Below are positions 45,523 to 55,414 of a DNA stretch of 64,000 bases, one piece after another (the first letter of the stretch is position 1; each line of letters starts with the position of its first letter). The notes under the pieces are model-generated. The model did not search any database. It was not told the origin of the DNA and worked only from the letters and a program-made list of their open reading frames with translations. The DNA lies in assembly GCA_035703805.1 (NCBI GenBank), contig DASSXM010000036.1, forward strand, positions 2,580-66,579, given 5' to 3'. A program made the position numbers and the translations under genes. The stretch comes from Gaiellaceae bacterium. GTDB taxonomy: Bacteria; Actinomycetota; Thermoleophilia; Gaiellales; Gaiellaceae.

Positions 45523-46803
45523 GTGATCGACCGCTACTCGCGCCCAGCCATGGCCAAGATTTGGGCGACAGAGGGGCGTTTTGCAGCGTTCCTCGAGGTC
45601 GAGAAGGCGGCAACGCAAGCGTGGGAACAGCTTGGGGTTGTGCCGCCAGAGGCGGCACGTGTGGTTGCCTCGGCTGAGCCGCCGACTCCGGCTCGCGTGG
45701 CCGAGCTGGAGGCCACGCTCCACCACGATGTTGCCGCCTTCGTCGATGCGGTCGCCGAAACACTCGGGCCCGAGGGCCGCTGGTTCCACTATGGACTCAC
45801 CTCCTCCGACGTCGTCGATACCGCATTGGCGCTGCAGATCCGCGAGGCCGGCGCGCTGCTCGTCGAGGGAATCGACCGCGCGCTCGCGGCAGTGACCGCG
45901 CCCGCCGAGGAGCACAAGCTGACGCTGCAGATGGGCCGCACGCACGGCGTGCATGCGGAGCCGACGACGTTCGGACTGAAGCTCGCCGGCTGGGCGTTCG
46001 AGCTGGAGCGCAACCGGCGGCGCGTCGTGCGCGCGCTCGAAGGGATGCGCGTCGGCAAGCTCTCGGGCGCCGTCGGCACGTATGCGGCAACCGATCCGGA
46101 GCTGGAGCGGATCGCGTGCGGGCGGCTCGGTCTCGAGCCCGCCCCGAGCTCGACGCAGATCCTCCAGCGCGACCGGCATGCAGAGCTGCTGACAACGCTC
46201 GCGATCGTCGCGTCCTCGCTCGACAAGTTCGCGCTCGAGATCCGCCACCTCGCGCGCACCGAGGTGGCAGAGGTGCAGGAGCCGTTCGGCCGCGAGCAGA
46301 AGGGCTCGTCCGCGATGCCGCACAAGCGGAACCCTGTCGTCGCGGAGCGCATCTGCGGCCTCGCCCGCGTCGTACGCGGTGCCGCGCTCGTCGGCCTCGA
46401 GAACGTCGCTCTCTGGCACGAGCGGGACATCTCCCACTCCTCCGCCGAGCGCGTCGTCATCCCCGACGCGTTCCTCGCGCTCGACTACATGCTCGACAGG
46501 TTTGCATGGCTGATGGACGGCCTCGTCGTGCGCGCGGAACGGATGCGGCGCAACCTCGAGGCGAGCCACTACCTCTTCTTCAGCCAGCGCGTCCTACTTG
46601 CGCTCGTCGAGTCCGGCCTGCAGCGCGACGAGGCGTATCGGCTCGTGCAGCGCAATGCGATGCGCGCGTGGGACGAAGAGCTCGACTTTCGCGAGCTCGT
46701 ACGCAACGACGGCGACATCGCGTCGCGCGTCGACCTCGATGCTGCTTTCGACCTCGATTCGTACACGCGCCACGTCGACACCGTGTTCGCCCGTCTGCAC
46801 TAG
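45523..46803 (+). CDS. purB: adenylosuccinate lyase
   Basis: Starts at GTG 45523: VIDRYSRPAMAKIWATEGRF...GSSAMPHKRNP. Confidence 0.93.
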   Translation: MIDRYSRPAMAKIWATEGRFAAFLEVEKAATQAWEQLGVVPPEAARVVASAEPPTPARVAELEATLHHDVAAFVDAVAETLGPEGRWFHYGLTSSDVVDTALALQIREAGALLVEGIDRALAAVTAPAEEHKLTLQMGRTHGVHAEPTTFGLKLAGWAFELERNRRRVVRALEGMRVGKLSGAVGTYAATDPELERIACGRLGLEPAPSSTQILQRDRHAELLTTLAIVASSLDKFALEIRHLARTEVAEVQEPFGREQKGSSAMPHKRNPVVAERICGLARVVRGAALVGLENVALWHERDISHSSAERVVIPDAFLALDYMLDRFAWLMDGLVVRAERMRRNLEASHYLFFSQRVLLALVESGLQRDEAYRLVQRNAMRAWDEELDFRELVRNDGDIASRVDLDAAFDLDSYTRHVDTVFARLH

Positions 46804-46816
46804 GAGGAAGCCGTTC

Positions 46817-47674
46817 ATGCCTGAAACCCACGTCGCGTCCGGGAAGGTTCGCGAGCTCTATGCGCTCGACGACGACCGCCTCTTGCTCGTCGCCAGCGAT
46901 CGCATCTCCACCTTCGACGTCGTGCTTCCCACCGAGATCCCGGACAAGGGACGCGTGCTCACCGGCCTCTCCGGCTTCTGGTTCACGCTGCTGCATTCGA
47001 TCGTGCCGAACCACATGCTCGCGATCCGCGAAGACGGGCGCTCGATGGAATGCAAGCGGCTCGAGATGCTGCCGATCGAGTGCGTCGTGCGCGGCTATCT
47101 CGCCGGCTCGGGCTGGAAGGACTACCAGGCGACCGGAGCGACGTCCGGTCACGTGCTGCCCGAAGGGCTGCGTGAGTCGGATCGGCTACCGCAGCCGATC
47201 TTCACACCGGCGACGAAAGCCACGAGCGGGCACGACGAGAACATCGGACGGGACGAAGCGGCGAAGGTACTCGGCGAGGGGCGCTTACGCGAGGTCGAGC
47301 GGGTCGCGATCGAGCTGTATACCGTCGCCGCCGAGTACGCGATCGACCACGGGATCATCATCGCCGACACGAAGTTCGAGCTCGGGCTCGACGAACGCGG
47401 GAATCTCGTCCTCGGCGACGAGGCGCTAACCCCCGACTCCTCGCGTTTCTGGCCGGCCGACACGTACGCACCAGGACGACCGCAGGACAGCTTCGACAAG
47501 CAATACGTGCGCGACTATGCGGAGCAGACCGGGTGGACGAAGACGTATCCAGGGCCCGAGCTCCCAGACGACGTCGTCATGGAGACGCGCGCGAAGTACC
47601 TCGAGGCGTTCGAGCTCCTGACGAGGATCCCGTTCCCGGCCTACGTCGAGAATCCGTCCGTGGTGCTCGGGTGA
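46817..47674 (+). CDS. purC: phosphoribosylaminoimidazole-succinocarboxamide synthase
   Basis: Starts at ATG 46817, preceded by TAGGAGGAAG: GKVRELYALDDDRLLLVASDRISTFD...ADTKFELG. Confidence 0.93.
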   Translation: MPETHVASGKVRELYALDDDRLLLVASDRISTFDVVLPTEIPDKGRVLTGLSGFWFTLLHSIVPNHMLAIREDGRSMECKRLEMLPIECVVRGYLAGSGWKDYQATGATSGHVLPEGLRESDRLPQPIFTPATKATSGHDENIGRDEAAKVLGEGRLREVERVAIELYTVAAEYAIDHGIIIADTKFELGLDERGNLVLGDEALTPDSSRFWPADTYAPGRPQDSFDKQYVRDYAEQTGWTKTYPGPELPDDVVMETRAKYLEAFELLTRIPFPAYVENPSVVLG

Positions 47675-47910
47675 AAGCAACGGTGCTCGTGCGGCCGAAG
47701 CCGGGCATCCTCGACCCGCAGGGCGACGCGGTGGAGAGCGCGCTCGAGCATCTCGGCTTCGCAGTCTCGGGCGCGCGCGTCGGCAAAGTCGTCGACCTCG
47801 AGGTGACGGCGACCGATCCCGCGGAGGCGCGCGCGCAGGTGGAGAAGATGTGCGAGCAGCTGCTCGCGAATCCGCTCATCGAGTCGTACGAGATCGAGCT
47901 CGTCGAGTGA
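47671..47910 (+). CDS. purS: phosphoribosylformylglycinamidine synthase subunit PurS
   Basis: 79 aa starting at a GTGA overlap: VKATVLVRPKPGILDPQGDAVESAL. Confidence 0.9.
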   Translation: MKATVLVRPKPGILDPQGDAVESALEHLGFAVSGARVGKVVDLEVTATDPAEARAQVEKMCEQLLANPLIESYEIELVE

Positions 47911-48593
47911 GCGACAAACCGCGCGTCGGCGTCGTCACGTATCCCGGGTCGCAGGACGACCGAGATGCGCTCTGGGCGCTCGCCGCGCTCGACGCCGAGG
48001 CGGTACCGGTCTGGCACGCGGACGCCGAGCTACCGGAGCTCGACGCGGTCGTGCTCCCCGGCGGTTTCTCGTACGGCGACTACCTCCGCTGCGGCGCGAT
48101 CGCGCGCTTCTCGCCCGTGACGCGCGCCGTCATCGACTTCGCGAACGACGGCGGGGTCGTGCTCGGGATCTGCAACGGCTTCCAGATCCTGTGCGAAGCG
48201 GGACTCCTTCCGGGCGTCCTGCTGCGGAACGCGTCGCTGCGCTTCGTCTGCCGCGACGTGCAGCTGCGCGTCGAACGGGACGACCTGCCGTTCACGTCGC
48301 GCTGCACCGCCGGCCAGACGCTCGTCATTCCTGTGAAGCACGGCGACGGCCGCTACGTTCCGCCGCCGGAGCTCGATCCGGCGCAGGTCGTCCTCCGCTA
48401 CCTCGACAACCCGAACGGCTCGGTCGACGACATCGCCGGCGTCTGCAACGAGAACGGCAACGTCATGGGCCTCATGCCACATCCCGAGCACGCCGTCGAC
48501 GCACTCCTCGGCTCGGACCACGGCGCGCTCATCCTCGCCTCGCTCGTCGGTGCTGCTAGCGCGCGCTCAGGGGATGCCCTAACTAGCCCCTGA
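47907..48593 (+). CDS. purQ: phosphoribosylformylglycinamidine synthase subunit PurQ (glutaminase)
   Basis: Starts at a GTGA overlap. Motifs are VVLPGGFSYGDYLR, GICNGFQIL and the C-terminal PHPEH. Confidence 0.93.
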   Translation: MSDKPRVGVVTYPGSQDDRDALWALAALDAEAVPVWHADAELPELDAVVLPGGFSYGDYLRCGAIARFSPVTRAVIDFANDGGVVLGICNGFQILCEAGLLPGVLLRNASLRFVCRDVQLRVERDDLPFTSRCTAGQTLVIPVKHGDGRYVPPPELDPAQVVLRYLDNPNGSVDDIAGVCNENGNVMGLMPHPEHAVDALLGSDHGALILASLVGAASARSGDALTSP

Positions 48594-48601
48594 GCGTGCG
48601 C

Positions 48602-48862
48602 TCAAAGGCCGAGAGCGTCCGCGAGCGCAGGATGCTGCGTAAGCGCGGTGCGTAAGCGCGCAACGTCGCGCTCGCGCAGCGTCACCGGACCGCGCCGGTT
48701 CGTGCCGTCGGTCGAGTAGGCGAAGCGCACGAGGCGTTCGCCCGTCTTCGTCTCGAGCAGCTGCACGACCGACGCGAAGCGCTTGTCACCGGCCTGCTGA
48801 CGCACGGTCAGTTCTTCGACGAGCTCTGCAGAGCCCCACGGGGTTGCCGTCTTGTTCGCCAT
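48602..48862 (-). CDS. small hypothetical protein
   Basis: 86 aa from the internal ATG 48862 of track ORF 48602-49144 (MANKTATPWGSAELVEELTVRQQAGDKRF...). Codon bias is good. No family was recognised. Confidence 0.45.
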   Translation of the reverse strand: MANKTATPWGSAELVEELTVRQQAGDKRFASVVQLLETKTGERLVRFAYSTDGTNRRGPVTLRERDVARLRTALTQHPALADALGL

Positions 48863-48967
48863 GGCGGCGACGCTAGACGGCAAATCGTGACGCGTGTGTG
48901 CCGGCTTACCCGCGGACTTCCCACGGATCGGCGAACACGTCGTCGACCTGCCAGGTCCCGCTCGAGT

Positions 48968-49196
48968 CACGAGCGCAGGGACGGCTTCGGCTACCCCGAC
49001 GAACTTGGCCGGCGAGCAAATCCCGCTCGCCGCGCGCATCGTCTGCGCATGCAATGCGTGGAGTGCAATGACCACCGACCGGCCGTACCGCAGAGCACTC
49101 TCGCGGGAAGTCGCGGCGGCGGAGCTGCACGCATGCGCCAGCACGCAGTTCGACCCACGCGTGGTCCAGGCGCTCGCCGTCGTGCTCGAGCTTTAG
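48968..49196 (+). pseudogene. C-terminal remnant of an HD-GYP domain gene with a 1-nt frameshift
   Basis: HERRDGFGYPDEL lies in the frame of track ORF 48887. It continues as AGEQIPLAARIVCACNAWSAMTTDRPYRRAL...FDPRVV in the frame of ORF 48894. An extra G at about 49007 separates the two frames. No HD-motif part lies upstream. Confidence 0.65.
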
Positions 49197-49214
49197 CCCC
49201 AGCAGAGGAGGACC

Positions 49215-49517
49215 ATGTCAGCATTCATCGTCACGCGCATTCACGTGGGCGACTATGGCACCTGGCGGCCCATGGACGACCAGGACAGGCCGCGAGCGCG
49301 AGAGCAGGCGACTGAACAACGCGTCTTGCGCAGCGTCGACGACCCGAACGAGGTGTTCATATACCTCGAGTTCGCTTCTCTCGAGGACGCGCAAGAGGCG
49401 CGAAGGCGGCTCATCGAGTCGGGCGTTCTCGACCGGTTCGAGGACAAACACGGCCCGAACGTTCTCGAGGACGCGAGCAGCTACTTCCCGCTGCGGTCTA
49501 TCAGTTCGATGCGGTAG
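49215..49517 (+). CDS. small hypothetical protein (possibly ABM/Dabb-like fold)
   Basis: 100 aa: MSAFIVTRIHVGDYGTWRPM...VFIYLEFASLEDAQEARRRL. The tail overlaps the convergent VOC gene. The family assignment is tentative. Confidence 0.45.
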   Translation: MSAFIVTRIHVGDYGTWRPMDDQDRPRAREQATEQRVLRSVDDPNEVFIYLEFASLEDAQEARRRLIESGVLDRFEDKHGPNVLEDASSYFPLRSISSMR

Positions 49518-49873
49518 TCGTCTGGGTCGCGCACGAAGCAGATGAGCGAACCGCCTTCGCGGACGCGATACGGCTCGCGCTCCGGCTCGATCCCCTGCGT
49601 CTTCAGCTGCGCGAGCGTGTGGGCAAGATCGTCGACCGCGTAGGCGACATGGCCGTAGCCGGTCCCGTTCTCGTAGGTCCGCCCGTCGTGGTTGAACGTC
49701 AGCTCGAGCTCCGCATCCTCGCCAGGGGCGCCGAAGAAGTAGTTCGTCGCCTCTCTCTCGCCGTTGCGGACGATGTCGAACTCCCGGCGGAACTCGAGGC
49801 CGAGCGCTTCGTAGAACGCCCTGCTGGCGGCCGGGTCGGTGATCCGAACCATGGTGTGGAGATAGCGGGCCAC
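49481..49873 (-). CDS. VOC family protein (lactoylglutathione lyase-like)
   Basis: Starts at GTG 49873: VARYLHTMVRITDPAASRAFYEALGL...ELTFNHDG...GYGHVAYAVDD...FVRDPDDYRIELI. Confidence 0.82.
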   Translation of the reverse strand: MARYLHTMVRITDPAASRAFYEALGLEFRREFDIVRNGEREATNYFFGAPGEDAELELTFNHDGRTYENGTGYGHVAYAVDDLAHTLAQLKTQGIEPEREPYRVREGGSLICFVRDPDDYRIELIDRSGK

Positions 49874-49922
49874 GTTTGAGATCCTACGCGCCGACAGCGG
49901 CCTGCCGACAAGGAGAGCGGTC

Positions 49923-51149
49923 ATGTTCAACGGCGCGAACACCGGCTTCATGCTCGTGGCGGCGAGCCTCGTAATGTTGATGACTCCCGGGCTCGCGTTC
50001 TTCTACGGCGGCCTCGTCGGCCGGTCGAACACGCTCTCGATCATGATCCAGAGCTTCGCGTCGATGGGCATCACCACCGTGATGTGGTGGCTGGTGGGCT
50101 ACTCGCTGTGCTTCAGCGGCGGCTCCGACGGGATCTTCGGCAACTTCCATCTCGCGTTCCTCCGCCACGTCGGCGTGAACACGATCTACAAGCCGTCGGG
50201 CATCCCCCTCGTCGTGCTGATCGCGTACCAGATGATGTTCGCGATCATCACGCCCGCGCTGATAACGGGCGCGTTCACAAACCGCGTGACGTTCAAGGCG
50301 TACCTGATCTTCCTCGTCGTCTGGCAGGTCGCCGTGTACTACCCGTTCGTGCACATGTTCTGGGGCAACGGGCTGCTGGCGCAGTGGGGCGCGCGCGACT
50401 TCGCCGGCGGCATCGTCGTGCACGCAAGCGCCGGCTGGGCCGCGCTCGCGTCGGTGCTCTACGTCGGCAAGCGCCGCTTTGTCGACTCCCCGCACAACCT
50501 GCCGTTCATCGCGCTCGGCACCGGCCTCCTGTGGTTCGGCTGGTACGGCTTCAACGCCGGCAGCGAGTTGAAGGTGGACAACATCACCGCGCTCGCGTTC
50601 CTCAACACCGACCTCGCGGCGTCGTTCGCAGCGGTGACGTGGCTGTTCGTCGAGTGGCGTCTCCAGCGCAAGCCGCACTTCGTCGGCCTGCTCACCGGCG
50701 CAGTCGCCGGGCTCGCGTGCATCACGCCCGCCGCGGGCTATGTGCCGATCTGGGCGTCGGTCGTGATCGGGATCGCGGCCGGCCTCGTCTGCTACTTCGC
50801 CGTGCAGCTGAAGAACAAGCTGCAATGGGACGATGCGCTCGACGTGTGGGGAGTGCACGGCGTCGGCGGACTGCTCGGCATCGTTCTTCTCGGCGTCTTC
50901 GCCGGGACCGCGATCAATCCGAACGGCGCGCAGGGCCTCATCCACGGCACGGGCGCTTTCTTCGGCAAACAGCTCGCGGCCGGCGTCGGCTGCTCGGCAT
51001 ACGCGTTCGCGTTCACGTACGTGATGCTGAAGGTGATCGACCGCGTCACTACGGTGCGCGTCTCCGAAGCCGAGGAGAGCGGCCTCGACGCCGCGATGCA
51101 CGGAGAGTCGGCCTACGAGTTCGAGTCGCCGGCGGCCGCGCCGATATAA
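49923..51149 (+). CDS. amt: ammonium transporter
   Basis: 408 aa, preceded by AAGGAGAG. Motifs are FFYGGLV, DFAGGIVVH and VHGVGGLLG. Confidence 0.93.
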   Translation: MFNGANTGFMLVAASLVMLMTPGLAFFYGGLVGRSNTLSIMIQSFASMGITTVMWWLVGYSLCFSGGSDGIFGNFHLAFLRHVGVNTIYKPSGIPLVVLIAYQMMFAIITPALITGAFTNRVTFKAYLIFLVVWQVAVYYPFVHMFWGNGLLAQWGARDFAGGIVVHASAGWAALASVLYVGKRRFVDSPHNLPFIALGTGLLWFGWYGFNAGSELKVDNITALAFLNTDLAASFAAVTWLFVEWRLQRKPHFVGLLTGAVAGLACITPAAGYVPIWASVVIGIAAGLVCYFAVQLKNKLQWDDALDVWGVHGVGGLLGIVLLGVFAGTAINPNGAQGLIHGTGAFFGKQLAAGVGCSAYAFAFTYVMLKVIDRVTTVRVSEAEESGLDAAMHGESAYEFESPAAAPI

Positions 51150-52027
51150 ACGGGACGCCGCAGGGCGAATCGGCGTACCGCACCCGTCCCGAGCGCGACA
51201 CCGACGAGGATGAGCGCAAGCCCGCCGTATGCGGACGCGCCGAACGACTCGCCGAGGAACAGCGCTCCGTACCCGAGCGCGATCGGCGGGATGAGATACG
51301 TCACGAGCGACGCGTACGCAGCACCAGGGCCGGTGATCAACGCGAAGAAGAGCAGGTACGCAATCGCGGTCCCGGGAATGCCGAGCGCGACCACGGAGCC
51401 GATCTCCTTCCACCCTGGCGTCGAATGCGGCGCCTGCGCAATGCCGGCCGGTAGCGCGACGAGCGTCGCGACCGACGTCGATGCGAGCGCGATGACGAGC
51501 GGCCGCACCTTGCGCAGGTGCCTGCCGGTGAGGAGCCCGCCGACGCCGTAGCAGAAGGCCATCCCGACGACGGCAAGCGCGCCGAGGATCTTGCCCGACG
51601 GCTGCGCGCCGACGAGCAGCGCGACGCCGACGAATCCGATCGCGATGCCGACGAGCCGCAGGCCGGTAACACGGACCTCGTGGAAAAACCCGAAAGCGAG
51701 CACGGCGTTGAAGATCGGGACCGCCGCCTGGAGGATCGAGGCGAGGCCGGAGTCGATTCGCGTCTCGCCCCACGAGAGGAGCCAGAACGGCACCGCCGTG
51801 TTGACGAGCGCGACGACGACGAGCCAGCGGGCGTTCTCGCGGATTTCGGTCACGGTCTCACGCGACCAGGGCACGAGAATCGCGAGCGTCAGCGCCGCCA
51901 GCCCGAGCCGGCCCATGATCAGCGTCGCAGGCGAGAGCTCCCGGACCGCGACCTTGATGAACATGAACGAGGCGCCCCAAATCAGGGCCAGCACGACGAG
52001 CATCGCGAGGTTACGCCGAGAGCTCAT
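51113..52027 (-). CDS. EamA/DMT family transporter
   Basis: 304 aa with about 10 TM segments: LIWGASFMFIKVAVREL. Confidence 0.82.
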   Translation of the reverse strand: MSSRRNLAMLVVLALIWGASFMFIKVAVRELSPATLIMGRLGLAALTLAILVPWSRETVTEIRENARWLVVVALVNTAVPFWLLSWGETRIDSGLASILQAAVPIFNAVLAFGFFHEVRVTGLRLVGIAIGFVGVALLVGAQPSGKILGALAVVGMAFCYGVGGLLTGRHLRKVRPLVIALASTSVATLVALPAGIAQAPHSTPGWKEIGSVVALGIPGTAIAYLLFFALITGPGAAYASLVTYLIPPIALGYGALFLGESFGASAYGGLALILVGVALGTGAVRRFALRRPVYIGAAAGDSNS

Positions 52028-52073
52028 ATGACCTTGTAACGCACGCCAGGCGTCATCTGTTTCCGCGGCTACG

Positions 52074-54035
52074 ATGGATCACCTGACGCAGGTCGCGCAA
52101 TCCTCCGGGGCCCCCAACGAGTGCGAAGCACTCGTTGGGGAAAAACAGCCGCCACTCCACCGCGCGCTCGGTCTCACCGACTGGGAAGCGGACCGTATTC
52201 GGGAGCTGCTGGGCCGTGACGCGAATCACTTCGAGCTGGCCGTCTTCTCGCTCCTCTGGTCCGAGCACTGCGGGTACAAGCACTCGGCGCCGCTCCTGAA
52301 GCGGCTGCCCTCGAGCGGCGAGCGCGTACTGCAGGGGCCGGGCGAGAACGCCGGCGTGCTCGACCTCGGCGAAGGGCAGGCGGTCGCGTTCAAGGTCGAG
52401 TCGCACAACCATCCCTCCGCGGTCGAGCCGTTCCAGGGCGCCGCGACCGGAATCGGCGGGATCCTGCGCGACATCGTCGCGATGGGCGCGCGGCCGGTCG
52501 CACTGCTCGACGGACTCTGGTTCGGCGTGCCCGACCATCAGTTCGAGCGCGCGGTCGCCGGAATCGGCGGCTACGGCAACTCCGTCGGCGTTCCGAACGT
52601 CGGCGGACAAACGGTCTTCGACGCGGCTTACCGCGGCAACTGCCTCGTCAACGCGATGTGCGTCGGGCTGCTCGACGCGCAGCGGCTGCAAACGGCGAAG
52701 GCGGCCGGTCGCGGCAACGTCGTCCTTCTCTACGGCGCGACGACGGGTCGCGACGGAATCGGCGGTGCGTCCGTCCTTGCGAGCCAGGAGCTCGGCGAGG
52801 AGGACGCGGACAAACGCCCGTCCGTACAGGTCGGCGATCCGTTCACGGGCAAGAAGCTCATCGAGGTCTCGCTCGAGCTCGTCGAGTCCGGCCTCGTCGA
52901 GTCGCTGCAGGACTGCGGCGCGGCCGGCCTCGCCTCCGCGCTCGCAGAGATGGCGCGCGATGGCGCCGGCATCGACGTGCATCTCGACCGCGTGCCGCTG
53001 CGCGAATCGGGCATGGAGCCGTGGGAGATCATGATCTCCGAGTCGCAGGAACGAATGGTCGCGGTCGTGCGGCCGACGATGCTCGACGCGGTGCGCGCAG
53101 TGTGCGACCGCTGGGAGCTTCTCCACGCCGCGATCGGCGAGGTCACCGACACGCGATTGCTGCGGGCGTTCCACGACGGCGCGAACGTCGGCGAGATTCC
53201 CGCGCGTCTGCTCACCGAGGAGTGCCCGCGCTACGAGGTCGAGCAGGAGGAGCGGACGTTCGATCAGTGGGAGCGCCCGCGTGTGGAGCCCGTCGCCACC
53301 GGCTGGATCGTCGAGCAGTACGACCAGCTCGTCGGCTCACGCACTGTCCGCCGGCCTGGGCTCGACGGCGCGGTATTGCGCCTGCGGCCCTCGCTCCGCG
53401 GTATCGCGGTCGCGCTGCAAGGCCCGCGCCCCGGCGAGATGGATGGATTTGCGGCAGGCGTCCAAGCGGTGCTCGGCGCCGCGCGCAACGTCGCGTGCGC
53501 GGGCGGCGAGCCGATCGGTCTGACGGACTGCCTCAACTTCGGCAACCCTGAGAAGCCGGAGATCGCGTTCGAGCTCGCACGGGCAATCGAGGGAATCGCG
53601 CAGGCGGCGGAGGCGCTGAAGATCCCCGTCGTCTCCGGCAACGCCTCCCTCTACAACGAAACCGATGGGCAGCCGATCCCGCCGACGCCGGTCGTCGGGT
53701 GCGTCGGCGTCGTCCCCGACGTGCGCCGTGTTCCCGGCGGCTGGCAGAAGGGCGACGTCGTCCTGCTGGCGACCGCGCCGGAGGACAACCTCTACGCCGA
53801 AGCGGCGCTCATCCGGTTCCTCTGGAAGGCTGCGCCCCTGCTCTCGCTCTGCCACGACGTCGGATATGCGGGAATCAACCACGCGCTCGAAGAAGCAACG
53901 CGCTGGAGCGGCCGCTCGGCGGACGTCGACCTTCCAGACGAGCCCACGCGGGGCGCGGCCATCCTGGCCACGTCTCCCAACCAGGTTGCCAGACTCGGCT
54001 CGAAGGGCTTCGTCAAGATCGGACGCGTGCGCTGA
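52074..54035 (+). CDS. purL: phosphoribosylformylglycinamidine synthase subunit PurL
   Basis: 653 aa: LGLTDWEADRIRELLGRDANHFELAVFSLLWSEHCGYKHS...ESHNHPSAVEPFQGAATGIGG. Confidence 0.93.
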   Translation: MDHLTQVAQSSGAPNECEALVGEKQPPLHRALGLTDWEADRIRELLGRDANHFELAVFSLLWSEHCGYKHSAPLLKRLPSSGERVLQGPGENAGVLDLGEGQAVAFKVESHNHPSAVEPFQGAATGIGGILRDIVAMGARPVALLDGLWFGVPDHQFERAVAGIGGYGNSVGVPNVGGQTVFDAAYRGNCLVNAMCVGLLDAQRLQTAKAAGRGNVVLLYGATTGRDGIGGASVLASQELGEEDADKRPSVQVGDPFTGKKLIEVSLELVESGLVESLQDCGAAGLASALAEMARDGAGIDVHLDRVPLRESGMEPWEIMISESQERMVAVVRPTMLDAVRAVCDRWELLHAAIGEVTDTRLLRAFHDGANVGEIPARLLTEECPRYEVEQEERTFDQWERPRVEPVATGWIVEQYDQLVGSRTVRRPGLDGAVLRLRPSLRGIAVALQGPRPGEMDGFAAGVQAVLGAARNVACAGGEPIGLTDCLNFGNPEKPEIAFELARAIEGIAQAAEALKIPVVSGNASLYNETDGQPIPPTPVVGCVGVVPDVRRVPGGWQKGDVVLLATAPEDNLYAEAALIRFLWKAAPLLSLCHDVGYAGINHALEEATRWSGRSADVDLPDEPTRGAAILATSPNQVARLGSKGFVKIGRVR

Positions 54036-55414
54036 TGTGCGGCGTATTCGGCGTCTATGCACCCGACCGCGACGTCGCGCGGCTGACGTACTTCGGCCTA
54101 TTCACGCTGCAGCACCGCGGCCAGGAGTCGGCCGGCATTGCGGTCTCAGAGCACGGGCGGCTGACGGCGCTCCGCGACCTCGGCCTCGTGACGCAGGTGT
54201 TCGACGAGCAGAACCTGCACGGACTGCGCGGGCAGGTTGCGATCGGGCACACGCGCTATTCGACAACCGGCTCGTCGCAGTGGTCGAACGCGCAGCCGCT
54301 CGTGCAGCACGGACACGCGCGCACGGTCGCGCTCGGCCACAACGGGAACCTCGTCAACCTGACCGCGCTGCGCGACGAGCTGCGCGCTGACGGCGCGACG
54401 CTGCGTTCGTCGTCCGACAGCGAGGTGATCGCGGCGCTGATCGCGAACGACGACGCGCCGCTCGAGCAAGCGGTGGCGCACGCGATGCGGCGCCTCGACG
54501 GCGCGTACTCGATCGTCGCGCTCTCCGAGGGTCGGCTCATCGCCTTCCGCGACCCGTACGGCTTCCGGCCGCTCGTGCTCGGGCGGATTCACGACGACTG
54601 GGTCGTCGCGTCAGAGACCTGCGCGCTCGATCTCGTCGGCGCGGAGTTCGTGCGCGAGGTCGAGCGCGGCGAAGCGGTTTTCATCGACGGCGACGGGATG
54701 CAGGCGATCCAGGCGGTGGAGCCCGCGGACGGCGGCGCGCTCTGCATTTGGGAGTTCTTCTATCTCGCCCGGCCGGACACGCAGCTCGCCGACGTCGAAG
54801 TGCACGGCGCGCGCGTCCGTATGGGCGAGCGGCTCGCGCAGGAGGCGCCGGTGGAGGCGGACCTCGTACTCCCGATCCCGGACTCGGGCACGCCCGCCGC
54901 GATCGGCTTCTCGCGCGCGCTCGGGATTCCGTTCAGCGAAGGCCTGATCAAGAACCGTTACGTCGGACGCACGTTCATCGAGCCCGACCAGGAGCTGCGC
55001 CGCCAGGGCATCAAGCTGAAGTTCAACCCGCTCGCCGAGGTCGCCGGCAAGCGCGTGGTAGCCGTCGACGACTCGATCGTGCGCGGCAACACGACGCGCT
55101 CGATCGTCCAGATGCTCTTCGAGTCGGGTGCGGCCGAGGTGCACGTGCGCATCTCGTCGCCGCCCGTGATCGGCCAGTGCTTCTACGGCATCGATCTCGC
55201 CGATCCGGACGAGATGATCGCGTCGTCGCGCTCGGTGGAGGAGATCCGCGAGCACATTGGCGCGACGTCGCTCGCGTATCTCTCGCACGACGGTCTCGTC
55301 GAGGCGACGCGGCGGCCGGAGTCGACGCTCTGCCGCGCGTGCCTGACGGGCAAGTACCCGACGGACGTTCCCGTCGAGCACGCGAAGCTGCGGTTCGAGG
55401 CGGCGCGCGCTTAG
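54035..55414 (+). CDS. purF: amidophosphoribosyltransferase
   Basis: ATG 54035 shares its A with the purL stop. MCGVFGVYAPDRD...LQHRGQESAGI...DDSIVRGNT. Confidence 0.93.
   Translation: MCGVFGVYAPDRDVARLTYFGLFTLQHRGQESAGIAVSEHGRLTALRDLGLVTQVFDEQNLHGLRGQVAIGHTRYSTTGSSQWSNAQPLVQHGHARTVALGHNGNLVNLTALRDELRADGATLRSSSDSEVIAALIANDDAPLEQAVAHAMRRLDGAYSIVALSEGRLIAFRDPYGFRPLVLGRIHDDWVVASETCALDLVGAEFVREVERGEAVFIDGDGMQAIQAVEPADGGALCIWEFFYLARPDTQLADVEVHGARVRMGERLAQEAPVEADLVLPIPDSGTPAAIGFSRALGIPFSEGLIKNRYVGRTFIEPDQELRRQGIKLKFNPLAEVAGKRVVAVDDSIVRGNTTRSIVQMLFESGAAEVHVRISSPPVIGQCFYGIDLADPDEMIASSRSVEEIREHIGATSLAYLSHDGLVEATRRPESTLCRACLTGKYPTDVPVEHAKLRFEAARA

Noticed and set aside
45290-45763. Minus-strand ORF with a hydrophobic tail (…LLYKRAAIFFAVAAALFAAG…) in the purE-purB spacer.
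   Set aside because: It has no plausible start near the hydrophobic part. The ORF's upstream half is antisense to purB. It is likely spurious.
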